Source: Hormiphora californensis
Lineage: Eukaryota > Animalia > Ctenophora
Length of the DNA: 64,000 nucleotides
Assembly: GCA_020137815.1 (NCBI GenBank)
Contig: CM035355.1
Span: forward strand, 4,402,001 to 4,466,000
Direction: 5' to 3'
In this document: positions 11,017 through 24,387 of the stretch, piece after piece
Layout: every line of letters begins with the position of its first letter
How positions within the stretch are numbered: position 1 is the first letter of the stretch
The notes under the pieces: generated by a model
Seen by the model: the letters and a program-made list of their open reading frames with translations, nothing else
What the model was told of the DNA's origin: nothing
Databases searched by the model: none
Made by a program: the position numbers and the translations under genes

Positions 11017-12406
11017 GGGTACGCTAACCGAAAATTTTTTTCGAGTGCAGGGAAATCTCTCACCGTAGGGTTGTAGGCCATGCCAAGGAGACCTCAAATA
11101 TGCAATTTGAGCTCTCAAGTCGAATTCATATTTTTGCTACAGCTGCTTGAAAAATGAACTGAAAATAAGTTTTTGGCATCTCAAAAAAATTTCTTTAAAG
11201 ATAGGAGCATGAAAATTTAGGGATTTGAAGAGGACATGAATGTGAATAACCACAAAAAAATTTTTCGCAATCCGAGCTGATTTCCGGTCCTGAGATGGAT
11301 TTCTTTTTTTCCATTTTAACGCCCTATTTGGCAAACTTCCGAAAACATGTGAAAGCTGTAAATTGGTGAAAAGTTGCGTCTAACGATTATCTAAGTGGCC
11401 ATAAATTTTGGGCGTGTCCTTATTTGAGATAAGCTGTACAGAGTTTTTTTTGTGAAAGCCGTCATTTCAGAAATAAATAAATTCTCTGTATCTCAAAAAC
11501 GACTGATCGTAGAGACCTGAGACTATGCTTAAACGATTCAGAAGGTCCGATTTTGGGGGGGTCTTCTGAGAGACATTTTGCTCCTACTTCAACCGTTTAT
11601 GCTGTAATTGCGAAAAACAAATTCTATGAAAAGGGCAAAAGCTAAACTCCAATATTCTGTAATTAGGGAATTTTAGCTAACAAAGGACCGAAACTATGGA
11701 AAAATGTGTTACAAGCTAATTCCTTCACTATTTGGTCCATATGGGTCCCTATAATCACCAAAAAGAAAATCACAAAAAATCCACGATGGCGAAGATGGGT
11801 TTTTGTTTTTCGCAATTACAGCAAAAACGGTTGAAGTAGGAGCAAAATGTCTCTCAGAAGACCCCCCCAAAATCGGACCTTTTGAATCGTTTAAGCATAG
11901 TCTCAGGTCTCTACGATCAGTCGTTTTTGAGATACAGAGAATTTATTTATTTCTGAAATGACGGCTTTCACAAAAAAAACTCTGTACAGCTTATCTCAAA
12001 TAAGGACACGCCCAAAATTTATGGCCACTTAGATAATCGTTAGACGCAACTTTTCACCAATTTACAGCTTTCACATGTTTTCGGAAGTTTGCCAAATAGG
12101 GCGTTAAAATGGAAAAAAAGAAATCCATCTCAGGACCGGAAATCAGCTTGGATTGCGAAAAAAATTTTTGTGGTTATTCACCTTCATGTCCTCTTCAAAT
12201 CCCTATATTTTCATGCTCCTATCTTTAAAAAAAAAATTTTGAGATGCCAAAAACTTATTTTCAGTTCATTTTTCAAGCAGCTGTAGCAAAAATATGAATT
12301 CGACTTGAGAGCTCAAATTGCATATTTGAGGTCTCCTTGGCATGGCCTACAACCCTACGGTGAGAGATTTCCCTGCACTCGAAAAAATTTTTTGGTTAGC
12401 GTACCC
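11017..12406. mobile_element. Kolobok-type non-autonomous foldback element, family A copy 1
   Basis: TTAA TSD (11013-16 / 12407-10). Ends GGGTACGCTAACC...GGTTAGCGTACCC (RR..YY termini). ~605-bp TIRs around a ~180-bp spacer. Confidence 0.9.
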
Positions 12407-13607
12407 TTAAAACAGTACCCAAGTCAATGATAACTATCCGGTACTAAAAGTAGTATAATAATTACATTATGTTTTATATAAGTTATTATAAATAGTTCTA
12501 ATTGGAGATGGGACAATGGTCCCAGCAGCTCATTCAAGCACTTTCACAACAATCACCAAAACAATTGTGGGCGAAAAGAAAAACTGTCCCTGAGGCATAA
12601 TTGTTGTATTATTGTATGTCCCTTACCATAATGTAAGTACAGCTACAACATGTACTAACTGAATCATGGCCAAATTATGCTAATAACATTTTCGCACTAT
12701 GAAAAATCAGTGGAGGCCACCAGGCCATTATGGACGTCCTACATGCCTTGGTCAGAAACCAGCAAAAACTACAGGAGAAGATAGAGCGACTGGAAACGAG
12801 TGTTTCAACGATGATGCGCCGCCAAGAGGAACTTCTGGCGTGCTACACACTCCATCGGCAACGGTATAGCTCGTGGGTGTCAACAACGTTTTCTTTCGGT
12901 GCCACTTTTAGTTATATATGGATTATCTAGGGCCTGTCTTAAGCGTAAACGTGACACCGAGGAAGAAACATGGATACTGTTCAACGCGGATCTGACCGTA
13001 CTCCAACGTCCTGACTTAGATAGATAGAACACAGTTTAAAGTTTTACAATTTACATCGTTATCAGAATCTTTGTTTTATCAGGGTTTAATCACATCGATT
13101 AATATTAAACTAATTACTCGTTATGTCCCATCTAACTATGCCTAAATACACCTGCAATAATTGGCAGTGCGGACGGTGTAAACATGACTGGACGAAGTGT
13201 AGAGATAAGTATTGATATGAAATAAATCAGGAGAGTCCGTGCAATTGTAGGGGGAGACGTGACGCCGTGAATTTTGCCCATTACAGAGGAGTCTCGCACA
13301 TAGCTGAGAGCCCAACTGAAAATAATATGTAGTTTCATAATGGTTCAATGTTCATTAAACATAACTAATAAAAAGTTCTAATTAAAAATGTGGCAACGGT
13401 CGCTGCAGCAGCTCAGCGCGTCATAGTGTATAAGGGAAAAGAGAGGGCCAAACATTTACACTTCTTTCTCACAACAGGTGGAGGAAAATACCGATTCGAT
13501 AAAGCAGATACTTGCTCTGACAAAAAAGAATACGACGGTACTAAACAGGATTGAAACGCAGCAACACGAGATGGAAGGGGTTATTGAGGAACAAAAAAAG
13601 GAAATCG

Positions 13608-14985
13608 CTGATTTCACCATTTGCCTAGTCAGCGAACCATTCGCTCTCGAAAATAGTCGGATTTTACCCTCATACTACACTTTCCTACACCAAGGACGAT
13701 CAATGATGTAGAGCGGGGATTGTTATAGGAGAAAATATCTCCCCCACAAATATTCCATTCTCACCCAGTTTTCATTTTCGGATATATGCTTGCTATTCAA
13801 TACAATTAGCACCTGGCTATTGCCTCCTGTTATTGGGACAGTTCCAACAAATTCTAACCTTGGGGGGGCGGTGTCACGCTAATGATATCTCTCCCTGGTA
13901 CTAGGCGGTGATTTCAACTGCCAAAACTCTGCATGGGGTTCACCTTATTCCACCAATATAGGGACCAAGAACTCCTGGACCAATAAGACCAATAACAAGA
14001 CCTGGACGTGTTCCAAAAATCCTGAGGCTGCTCAATGAGGCCTATGCCATCCCTGAAGACCTGAAAGTATCACTAAAGGACCCGAGGAACCCGAGAAACC
14101 CGAGGAACCTGAGGAACTCTGGAAACGAGATGAACGTAAAGAGGGAACCAAGGAGCACACCGCCGTTTATAATGCACGGGTCGCTCTTGCAGGGAAGAGT
14201 GAGGGCATCTGTTTTATGGATTCCTATTATACAACTCATACAACACCTCAAAGATATGTGGACTTTATGTGGGAACACCCCCTTCCCTACATGATGGACT
14301 TCCTCCAGATCAATCTAAACAGAGGGGAAGTTCCTTCCCACTCACTGACGGATATCATCTCTGATTCCACCATCTGCCTAGTCAGCGAACCCTCAACCAT
14401 TCGTTCCTTCTCGAAAATAGTCGGATTTTACCCTCACACTTCATTTTCCCACACCAAGGACGATCAATGATTTAGAGCAGGGATTGTGGTAGGAGGAAAT
14501 TTCTCCCCCACAAATATTTCCATTCTTCATTATCGGATATACAATGTATATATAATATGCTTACTATTCAATACAAGCACCTGACTATTGCCTCCTGTTA
14601 CTGGGACGGTTCCGCTGAACTACTGACAACAATCCGTGTAACCTTGGGGGCGATGTCACGCTAATGGTATTTCAACTGCCACCACTCTGCATGGGGTTCA
14701 CCTTATTCCACCAAGAACTCCTGGACCAATAAGACCAATAACAAGACCTGGACGTGTTCCAAAAATCCTGAGGCTGCTCAATGAGGCCTATGTCATTCTC
14801 GAGGACCTGAAAGTATCACTAAAGGACCCGAGGAACCTGAGGAACCCGAGAGACCCGAGGAACCTGAGGAACCCGAGGAACCTGAGGAACCCGAGGAACC
14901 TGAGGAATCGGAGGAACCTGAGGAATCGGAGGAACCGGAGGAACCCTGGAAACGAGAGGAACGTAAAGAGGGAACCAAGGAGCTA
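13608..14985 (+). pseudogene. Two tandem copies (13608-14155, 14361-14985) of a LINE (I/R1-like) AP-endonuclease fragment
   Basis: FLQINLNR..TICLVSEP (from 14291), RAGI, L(A/T)IASCYWD and LVLGGDFNCQNSAWGS (~13897-13945) are APE motifs. Frameshifted. Copy 2 keeps the N-terminus but has lost GGD. Confidence 0.75.
14824..14947. repeat. 9-bp minisatellite (gaggaaccy)n
   Basis: About 13 units here versus about 4 in the paralogous copy at 14078-14120. Confidence 0.9.
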
Positions 14986-15991
14986 CTGATTTTAATTTAT
15001 ATATTTTACTCTAATTTATCTTCCCCTAAACATTCCATTGAATATACAATATCATGGGCGGACGACTTAGTTTCCCTGGTACAGTCAAGAGATTATGATG
15101 ACTGTCCAGTACTAAAAGTAACTTATAATAATTAAATTTATTTCATATAAGTTATAAACAGTTCTAAAAGAAGATGGGACAATGGTCGCTACACCAGCAC
15201 ACCACCGTTTATGATGTACGGACAACCCTGGGTGCGTGTGCGCTAGAACTTGAGAGATTTGATATTGATTATTGAGAGTTGAAAATCTGCAGATGAAAAT
15301 CTTGTGATGATTTCAAATTGAGTATTCTGTTAAACAAATACACATCGTTTCACGTTTTGACTATCGTTATCAATGTATCATATAGAATCTCTCATTTCCC
15401 TATAGTGACCAAGTCCACGATAAAACAATAACTTATGTAATCCTGTACCGTTTCTCCTATAACAGTGCAGGGACGGCCCACAGTATGGACCCTTCTAGTT
15501 TGTGTGTGACACGGTTTGAAAATAAATCCGGCCGCATGTTTCCATGGGCGTGCAGACTGGAAGCCACCCTAGAATACTCGGCAGTGCCTTCCTTTGCGCC
15601 AACTTATAATGTAAATTAAAAGAAAAAGCACACCAAGTAAAAGCCGGGCTTAGACCTACAGTTTACCAGGTGGACACACGTCATACAATAAACCATAAAA
15701 CCTAGCTATTACTAGTATTAGGGCCACACACAAACTGCATTTTATAGCCACGGAGATCCGTTTAGTTTCACTATTGATATCTCCACACCGGAGACTAGAA
15801 ACTAACACCCCTCTCCCTGTCATAGCAAGATCCTAACATGATATTTGATGCTCGGGAAGATGTCACTATGGAGTGGACTTGGGGCCTAGAGGAGGAGGAG
15901 GAGGAACTACTGCAACTCCAAGAATCAGCCTCCACGTCCACCCCCTGGTCCCTCAGCCCGCATGTATATATGTAATTGTATGTTGTATGTA

Positions 15992-16271
15992 CAGGGTGGT
16001 TCAGAAACATGGAGCCACTTGGAGATAAAAGTTGGAAAAATACAATCCTCTCTCTATTGTAAGGATCCAAATTTCAACGTGTTACCCTGTCAGTTGACAG
16101 GCTGATAATTTTTAAGAAAGAGTGACTCTCTGTCGATCTCAATCCTCAGGGGACGCTTTTTCTAGTCAAGACACCGTGAAAATACGTTTTTAATTACACT
16201 GTACATTGGAGAGCGAACTGTATTGACACATTATTTATCTCAAAGTGGCTCCATGTTTCTGAACCACCCTG
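15992..16271. mobile_element. Tc1/mariner-type MITE (280 bp), copy 1
   Basis: TA TSD. ~37-bp TIR cagggtggttcagaaacatggagccactt(g/t)gagataa. Second copy at 57783-58062. Confidence 0.93.
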
Positions 16272-16968
16272 TATACAAGTCGTATTTATTTATTTGTAAG
16301 ATGTTTTAGACATTGTAAGGAGGGGAGGTGGTTACCTTTTTATTTATAGAGATGTTTATTTTTAATAATATATTATTTTACACCTACTTAAACTTTTCCT
16401 ACTTTACCTCATATATAGTTGTTTCATTATCCATACCGCTAACCCCCTCATTGTCTCTACCTCCATTAATTCCTAGCATAGCTTGGTGATTTTATGAAGC
16501 CAAACAAGAAAGGGGCCCCCAAAACCCCCCGACTACCATGACCCTCCACCAGCGGTGAGGGGTCAGGATGGGTTGTACAGACAATGCCATCACGGAGACG
16601 GATGTACTTCAACCAGATGCACAGAGAACTACCTCAACGATAGGGGGCAAGGTATACATTGGGAACCCCTGACAGTAGGCCCCGGTGACCACATGAATCC
16701 GGGACTATTTTCGTCAGATCCCAAAATCCAGTTCTTCCTCCAAAACCATCATCCAAGCAGAACAATCTTGGTAGAGAATTATACTGCATGAAGAGGGTTA
16801 CTAAAAAGTTATTAAGACGTTATTAGTATTATTTCTTTTGGCTCAAATAGAGTCATTGGAATTGTAAGTTTAATATATTTGAATATAGTAATTACACACG
16901 CATTCATTGTATTTTTCTCAGGTGAGCAACCATCCAATCATTCTGGACATGATGACAGAAAGAGAGGA

Positions 16969-17040
16969 TACATGTGCGATATGTGCGGGATGGTGTTTGT
17001 ACGACACTTAGAAAGACATTCAGGCACTCATGAAAAGGTT
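16969..17040 (+). pseudogene. Degenerate C2H2 zinc finger remnant
   Basis: YMCDMCGMVFVRHLERHSGTH (shortened loop), downstream of a tttttctcag acceptor at 16921. Confidence 0.5.
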
Positions 17041-17857
17041 GAGCCATGATTGCTCTGAATGACACATTTCACATCGAGGATGGTACAATGGTAGCAGCTC
17101 AGCAAAGGACAGCCAGTAAATGAGATATGCAGTGTATATAAATATATTCACGAGGGAGGAACCATGGGAAGGCCCTCAGGCCTATGCGCTGAGGGAGTAA
17201 CGATGAAGAGGATGGACCGGAACAAGAACATCTTCATGAGCTGAGTATAAAGATGGTTGCCAAGGCGGTGAAACAATTAAAGATGTGAGTTTAGATAAAA
17301 TGTAAATCCACCCACGCCCCATATAAACCAGCTCAAATTGTACTTTGTACCAGAAATCTCCCATCGAGAACTAAACCCGACGTTTCAAATCCGTAACTGG
17401 ACCGTAATTGTAATACTTCCAGTGATATTAATGATATATCAGAGGGACATGTGCCTATGATATACCAAGAAGTGTTGAAACACTCAGTGGATGTGTCCAT
17501 GTTATATGCAATATCTACGGAGGATGTTACCAAGATAAGACGAGACCGCCCGTCCTCATGAGAGGAAGCATATACCTGCTGTTCATCACAGCTGCATGCC
17601 ACACGTACGGATACCCGGAATAAATTAATAAAACTTTAGAGTTATGGAAGAATATTGCTGTTGGACTACCCTCACATGTTAGAGCGAGTTATGTTAATCA
17701 TTTAGGAATATATAATTCAATTTAAATGATAATGGAAGTGCAGCAGGATTTCTAGCTGACTTGAATATATATATATATACGATAAAGATACTAGTGAAAC
17801 TCATGTATAACCTTATTAGGAAATTAGACACTGGAGGTGGTGCATAGTAAACATAGA

Positions 17858-18040
17858 GCTGCATACCTCAGTGTGGTAGTTCCCAAATGAATCATTGCAA
17901 TTGGTATGGGAGAACGAATATCGAACGAATATGGGCGCTGAATAGGATATCAGCTCAGGCGGTATTGGGTGGAGGTTACACGGCCCCGAATGATCAGTGC
18001 ATGGTGTTAGCAGGCATCCCACCACCCAGCATCATGGCCA
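17858..18040 (+). pseudogene. LINE (I/R1-like) post-RT connector fragment
   Basis: AAYLSVVVPK/..W..LNRISAQAVLGGGYTAPNDQCMVLAGIPPPSI resembles YxxxVxPxxxY..R...GxxxTxP...xVLAGxPP. Confidence 0.55.
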
Positions 18041-18832
18041 AGACTGCAGAGCCATCCTGGGAAGAAATTGAGTATATTGACAACATTACCCCTGCAGGTG
18101 AATCGCAAAGCCATTTAGGGACTACTTTCCTGAAAATGCCACTCTACCAATGGATCCGAGCATCGGTGATATAATTATCAAGTTTTATCACCATGGTCAT
18201 CGCGCTGACCTCCAGAGAAATATGAACATTAGTACAGTGTACACTGTACATTGTACAGTCACACACCGAGCTGGTGATATTTAGTTTAAAAGTTAAAGCT
18301 AAATCTTATAAAAAAGGAAACAATACCATGATATAAATAAGATTTGATAGCGGCTTCATCTTGGAATGTAAGAGGAACATAAAACATCCAATGGTCCAAC
18401 CACACATATCTGTTGAGAGAGGTTCCTGTGGGACTCAACGCCAGCAAGACATACCTTCTCCATTGCTCTTGCTTTTGTTGCAGCTCTCGATTTTGAACTA
18501 GCAACATTCTACTTCCCTACCGACACGCCAAGACTGCAAGAGCAAAAAAGCAAGTTGGCTCCATGAGATCGGCCGTGAGATGTAACTTAAAAAGGAAACA
18601 ATATTCAATAACATTTTTAAGATGAATTTAATTTGGAGCAGTTTCATCTTGCTCAAAGAGAATTAAGAGGAACATCTAATGGTTCAACCACACGGATCGA
18701 GACTACATTGAACAGTGGTTGAAGCGAGAGTTGGCACCAAAGGCCCACTGAGAACCAAGGGTAAGAGCAAGTGGTGCGGCCAAGCAGACAGTACTCCACG
18801 GTAAAAAACATCATGCAGAAATTTTATAACCA

Positions 18833-18931
18833 CTCAAAGACTTGCTGGAAAAAGCGAATCGAAGATGTCTATTTGTAGTGGATGAGGCCCATACCATACT
18901 CGAATGTGCTACTGATTATCGAATGTACAGT
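18833..18931 (+). pseudogene. RecQ-like SF2 helicase motif II fragment
   Basis: RCLFVVDEAHTILECATDYR resembles VVDEAHCISQWGHDFR. Confidence 0.6.
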
Positions 18932-20125
18932 CACACACACCGAGCTGGTGATGTTTAATTAAAAATAACATTTATAAGATTAACTTAATTTAGAGAATTA
19001 TATAAGAGCACAGCTGTGGCTGAAGCAAGAGCTGGCACGGAAAGCGCAAATAATACTTTCTACAACGCAAGGTAACGACGCATTTCTGTCGACAAAATGT
19101 AAGGAGGATCAGGAAAAAATGGATTTGTAGATTTCGACATGTTTGAGAACGACAGTACCAGTATACAGTACCAGTAAAGTACAGACTACCACAAGGCTAC
19201 GAACCAGGACACCTATTTCAAGCAACTAAAGGATGTCCTAGGAGAGAAGCTACAGTCACATATCGAGCTGGTGATATGTAACTTGAAACAAGATCTTATA
19301 AAAAGGAAACAATACCAAAATTAATGTATGCACATGTATGATGCTGCCAAGGACCAGCCAATGGCCATGATTAAAACACTCACGGTCATGCCACTACTGT
19401 ATCCTGCAACCACCGAGAGGAGGGGCTACTAAGTAGGAAGGCACTATAACATTATGCGCTCTTGTGATGGCCAGATCTACATCCCTCCACTACCCAAGAC
19501 TATGTGGCGATGTGGAAAATGAAGTCGAAATATGACAAAGAACAGCAAGTCACGGAAATGTAACTCATCATGATGCTTCATATACAGGCGATGTGTGTGA
19601 TGCAGATAGCGCACTCCAACTCATTTACACAGACTATGTATCAATGATGACATATACCTGTTTAAATGACTTTTTATTAATTAATAATTAATTATATAAT
19701 TTACTGTGATATAAACAGTACAACGTTATATACTGATACGAATCTATGCCGGCAGGATACGTGATACAAAAGTACGATACCTACACATGTTCAATGCGTG
19801 TAAGTGACCCCCACAAGCATACTTAGTCCCGGAAGAAGTTGAATACTGGCATGGCTTGAACCGGCACAGCAGCTAACCAAACCACCAGTGGCGCTTGAGC
19901 GTAAAGGTCACTGTCTGCTCTTCGTACTAGGAGATGTCGACCCAGATATCATCACCCCGGTGCCGGGATTCCGGATTAAATTAAATTAAAGTTACTTATC
20001 AGGGGTGAGGACTGCAACGGGAAAATTGTACTTAGAGTACAAATGAACACTGTAAAACAAGAATTATTATTATTATTATCAGGTACACGTGGTCAGGAGT
20101 AGTATATAAAATGGCCCCGCTGCCC

Positions 20126-20412
20126 CACGAATTTGGTGTCACCACATTATTCCATATTTGGTCATGATATCACGTGACCTCAGATGTATCACGTGATATC
20201 AGCTGCTGTCACATGATGTCATATGAAGTCACGTGATTATGAGGTCATGTTGTGATGTCATTTCATGACGTCACACCATTTCGTCATCATGTATAATTAT
20301 GTATTATATGATTATGATTAATTAAAATCATAATTTGAATGAAAGTGACGTCATCTGATTTCCTGTGATATAATACCCAAATATGGAATAATATGGTGGC
20401 ACCATATTCGTG
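20126..20412. repeat. ~48-bp imperfect inverted repeat enclosing a cluster of cacgtg/tgacgtca palindromes
   Basis: cacgaatttggtgtcaccacattattccatatttgg..gatatcac (20126-20173) versus the reverse complement of 20365-20412. No TSD. Confidence 0.75.
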
Positions 20413-20691
20413 TACAGCAACAGCATTTTTCAGATTTTACATCACGTTACGTCATCTAAAAATATGACGTCTGCATGAGAAACGCGTTATTCTTCATAGT
20501 TCTAACTATTTAAGCCGGAATTTTTTAAAGAAAGTCAGTTACTACTCTGATTCGATGACTCAATTTAAAGATAGCTCTCAAAGGACCTTCAAATATAGGT
20601 CACAGGACCCAAGGATTTCAAGACTGGAACTGGAAGATATCCAATACAGCAAGTTGAAATTGAATTGCAAAAAGTGTGCCATATTATCGTT

Positions 20692-21060
20692 ATGTCCAAA
20701 GCACACACTTCAACTTTATCTCCCCGGATTGAAAAGAAAAAAGATTCTGTGATTCCCAAACTTGATTTCTCACACTCGCTAAAGAAGCTTGGAATTTCGA
20801 CAGACAATAATGTATTTTTTGAAAAACTCGATATGAAAAACCAAAAAAAACTTAGGCATGTTAAATTCGTAGTTTACGAGTGTGTAGGTTTACCAGCTTG
20901 TCGCAATAAAGGAGGGATGTTATTAGATGGTCACTTACATACAAGTAATTGTGGTAATTTTAAATATGATGGTAGAGATGTGTTAGGGGAAGATGTGTTT
21001 TTAGCTAGATCAGAGTTTTTAAAATTGAGAAAGGAAAGAGAAAATATGTGGGAAATTTGA
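20692..21060 (+). CDS. Intronless ORF (122 aa), unknown function
   Basis: Open from ATG to stop (MSKAHTST...NMWEI). No recognisable domain. Confidence 0.3.
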   Translation: MSKAHTSTLSPRIEKKKDSVIPKLDFSHSLKKLGISTDNNVFFEKLDMKNQKKLRHVKFVVYECVGLPACRNKGGMLLDGHLHTSNCGNFKYDGRDVLGEDVFLARSEFLKLRKERENMWEI

Positions 21061-21951
21061 TTACTTCTGATTTTATCTTCGTTTTTTTTCAAATTCTTGT
21101 TTCTATCTCTCCTCTTTCCCTGCAGGGAGAATGAATGACCTTCAGGGCCCTGGAGATCATTCCTCCTATATAGAGATCTAGACAGAAACTATTTTGTAAA
21201 TTATTCTCTTTGTCAGGTAGAACGAAAGCCGCGATATAGATCCAAGATTCAAGATATAATGAGATTTTCAAAAAAGGGACAAATAGATTTGGTGAAATAC
21301 TACCACAAGGTAATTTTAAATCTTTATTTTCACCTCTTTCTGCAACGTGCAGCCCCAGGCTGGAAGGAGCTGACTAAATAGAGTGTTTTTTTAGCGTAAG
21401 GTATAAAAATTTACCGATATCTCCTCCCTTTCAGAATTCATCCTTCCAGTTGACAAGCGCTTCCACTTCCAGTCAGTCCCTGTTATCCTCTGATCTACAA
21501 TGGATCCCAACCCCCCTGTTATCCTTAAGGAAGGCGACTATTTTATTGACTTACTGGAAATTGCAAATAAGTACAAACCGTCATCTGCATGGACTGTAGA
21601 AACAATTGCCTGTATTCGATTTGATATTTATTCTTTTTAAAATTGTACGTTTTTCGCATTTTTAGTGTGTGCATTCAGTTTGCTATCAAGAATTGTAACG
21701 AACGGTGTTTTAAATTTGAGTATGAGCGTTTCTATCAGAGTTTGAATGAGCACGGATATGATTTCTTTAGCAAATAATTATTATGTTTATTTTCAAAACA
21801 GTTGTTTACCTTTTTGTATTAGAACAACTTTTAAAAGGTCCATAATTGCCCTCTATAAAATACAGTTCACTGTATTCAAATTGAAGATTACCAATTTGGT
21901 ACAGGTGAAATAAAAACAATTTGTGAGTTTTTCTCGACATCCACAACGCCT

Positions 21952-22507
21952 TTACTTTGACAGTTGGAGATTCAATACACAGGAGTTCTTGCCGAGCTTG
22001 ATGGACAGAGTTATTTCGCCGGGGTTTGTTGATTCTTTCGATGGTTTCTTTCCTGATGCACCAGTTGTTTTCTTAGTGGAAGTTGCAGGTTTCTGGGTGG
22101 CAGTTTTTTGGTGACAACCACAAGGTTCTTTCCGGATGTTTTGCCCTTTGCAGACGGCACCTGTTTCTTAGTAGCTGGGTTTACAGGTTTTTTAGCTAGG
22201 GCTGTAGGTTTTTTAGCTGGGGCTGCAGCTGATGGCTTTTTGGCCGGGGCTGTTGGCTTTTTAGCTTGGGCTGACGGCTTTTTTGGCCGTTGTAGGTTGA
22301 GTTTTTTCTGGCTGGAACGAGAGCTTTAAATTTGGCAGATGGAACTGAAGCTTCTCCGCCAGACGTTGAAATCGTTCTCTTCTTTGAAGCTGGCTTCTTA
22401 CCAGATGTGCTAGGTGCAGTTCTTTTCCGCTTGCCTGAACTAGATGCAGATACCGTCTCCAATACATGAACTGACTCATACACAGCTCTCGAGCCTTGCG
22501 CCATCAT
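21952..22507 (-). pseudogene. Frameshifted Lys/Ala/Pro-rich, histone-H1-tail-like basic protein
   Basis: Joining frames gives SGKKPASKKR..AKKPTAPAKKPSAAAPAKKPTALAKKPVNPATKK..KKPSK. At least 2 frameshifts. No globular H1 domain seen. Confidence 0.5.
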
Positions 22508-23244
22508 AAAGCCAGGGCTTCCAAATGGGTCTCCACCTTGGAGATAAAGAAACCGGTCGTCCCTTTGATATCCTTGATATGAGTATAGGTCATGACTGCT
22601 CTACGCTTGGAAAAAAAATCGAAGGGAGGGTCAGGGGAGGTAAATTGTGACGCACCAGCAGTTTCCTCAATTGTAGGGTTCTGAGTGGTACTGGTAGTGG
22701 GGGATAGATACTCAATTACAGTCAACAACCTTTACTATTTTCACAGTTCTGCTGTTGTTCCGTTCACGGAAATCACTATTCTCAATTGTATTATACATTA
22801 TTCCTATCTCGTTCTTTTCTACCGAAAAGTAACTGCAATACCAAAAGAACAACACGCTGCAAGAATGATAAAGGAACAGCAAATGAGCAGTACAATCACA
22901 TTCAGAATGTTCGTGTCAAAATATCTGTCATAGTTCACGTACAATATTTACTGCGGTTCCACTATAACTGCAACTTTTACAAATTGTTGCAAAACATGTG
23001 TTGTAAGTTTTGTAAGTATTGCAAACTGTTACAAAAATAAAACAAACCCGACATAAACTGTAATGTTGGTGTAAACATGTGTTATAAGTGTTGCAAGTGT
23101 TGCAAATTGTTGCAAAAACATGTGTTGTAAGTGTTGTAAGTGTTGTAAGTGTTGCAAATTGTTGCAAAAACATGTGTTTTGATTGTTGCGAATCGTAAGA
23201 AAAATGTCATTAGTGTTACAAAATAACATGTAACGAACCTTCCC

Positions 23245-23252
23245 TATATAAA
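23245..23252 (+). promoter_or_regulatory. Candidate TATA box of the C2H2 ORF
   Basis: cTATATAAAgggg, ~43 bp upstream of ATG 23295. Confidence 0.45.
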
Positions 23253-23294
23253 GGGGGATAACTCTATCCGTTTCCATTTCTAAATATTTTCCTA

Positions 23295-23789
23295 ATGTTT
23301 ACGTGTTGCAACACAACGTTTTTCTCCAAGCAAAGTTTGGCTGGACATCGACGCACCCAACATAATGGTATTTCCTGTGACCAATGTAACAAAGCGTTTT
23401 ACTCGAAACGAAGTCTCGACAGTCACAAAAGTCGTTACCACAAAATTCAACAGAATATAACAACTAATAAAGTGACAACACAGTCGGTTACGTCGTCGTC
23501 AAATAAGAACAACTTTTTATTGGTTCCTGTAGACGGAGGTGATCCGGTACCAGTTTCAATTCCTAAAAATATATACAATGCACCAAAATGTGACTTAGCA
23601 TTAATGAAAGCTTGCGAAGAGGCGGGATTTAGAACGACCGATCGAGGAACTGTTACTCTAGATGAAATTGATACTGACATAGACTATACAACTTTTATCA
23701 AAGATTGTAACGAACGGTGTTTTAAGTGTGAGTATGAGCGTTTCTATCAGAGGTTGGATGAGCACGGATATGATTTCTTTAGCAAATAA
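23295..23789 (+). CDS. Intronless two-finger C2H2 zinc-finger protein (164 aa)
   Basis: FTCCNTTFFSKQSLAGHRRTQH and ISCDQCNKAFYSKRSLDSHKSRYH. Intact ATG to TAA. The 3' end (23696-23836) is duplicated at 21684-21824. Confidence 0.6.
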   Translation: MFTCCNTTFFSKQSLAGHRRTQHNGISCDQCNKAFYSKRSLDSHKSRYHKIQQNITTNKVTTQSVTSSSNKNNFLLVPVDGGDPVPVSIPKNIYNAPKCDLALMKACEEAGFRTTDRGTVTLDEIDTDIDYTTFIKDCNERCFKCEYERFYQRLDEHGYDFFSK

Positions 23790-24387
23790 TTATTATGTTT
23801 ATTTTCAAAACAGTTGTTTACCTTTTTGTATTAGAAAATCATTTTCCTGCCCTCCCTGGAATAGTGTACCAACGGTTAGGTAATTTTCAGATCGTACAAC
23901 TGTGTTATCTGGAACCAATGTTTGACAATAAAATAATCCCTATAGTCTAAGACTAAGTCAAAAAGCTGCGAGTATATTTGAACCTCTGTATTCACACGGC
24001 CAACCCTGTGGCCCTTGTCAGCGTTTTACTATTATCGAGTCTATTGCTAGGTTGCGAACAAGCTTATTTTATCTCCAAGATCAAAAATTGTTATCGGAAC
24101 ACTAAAAAGTGCTCATTTTAAGTGCTCACACTCGGTGGCCCTTGTCAGCGCAATATTTCATATAGCCGGCGCAACATGTTAAGAAATATTCACGGTGCAC
24201 AGGTGTTTCATATTCAAGCCATATCACGTTACTTGTGACGTCATGAGGCAGTTTCCCCCTGTTCGCGTCAAAAAGGGGTCCCTACTGTGCACACTATTAT
24301 ACTACTGTCAGGGTCTGCGTGATCACTGTTAGTAAAGGTTATTATCAGTGCATAACCTAACAAACTTTGAGCCGCCCTTGTCCCACA

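Noticed and set aside
11017-12406. piggyBac assignment for the TTAA elements
   Set aside because: The termini are GG..CC / AG..CT (Kolobok RR..YY pattern), not the piggyBac CC(C/T)..(A/G)GG pattern.
20098-20110. Polinton terminus (agtagt)
   Set aside because: No matching inverted end or 6-bp TSD found.
21330-21380. Minus-strand QLLPAWGCTLQK, reminiscent of a PIF1 helicase motif
   Set aside because: Lacks HKSQG and any other helicase motif; too weak.
21952-22507. Histone H1 gene
   Set aside because: Only a low-complexity basic tail; no winged-helix globular domain, and frameshifted.
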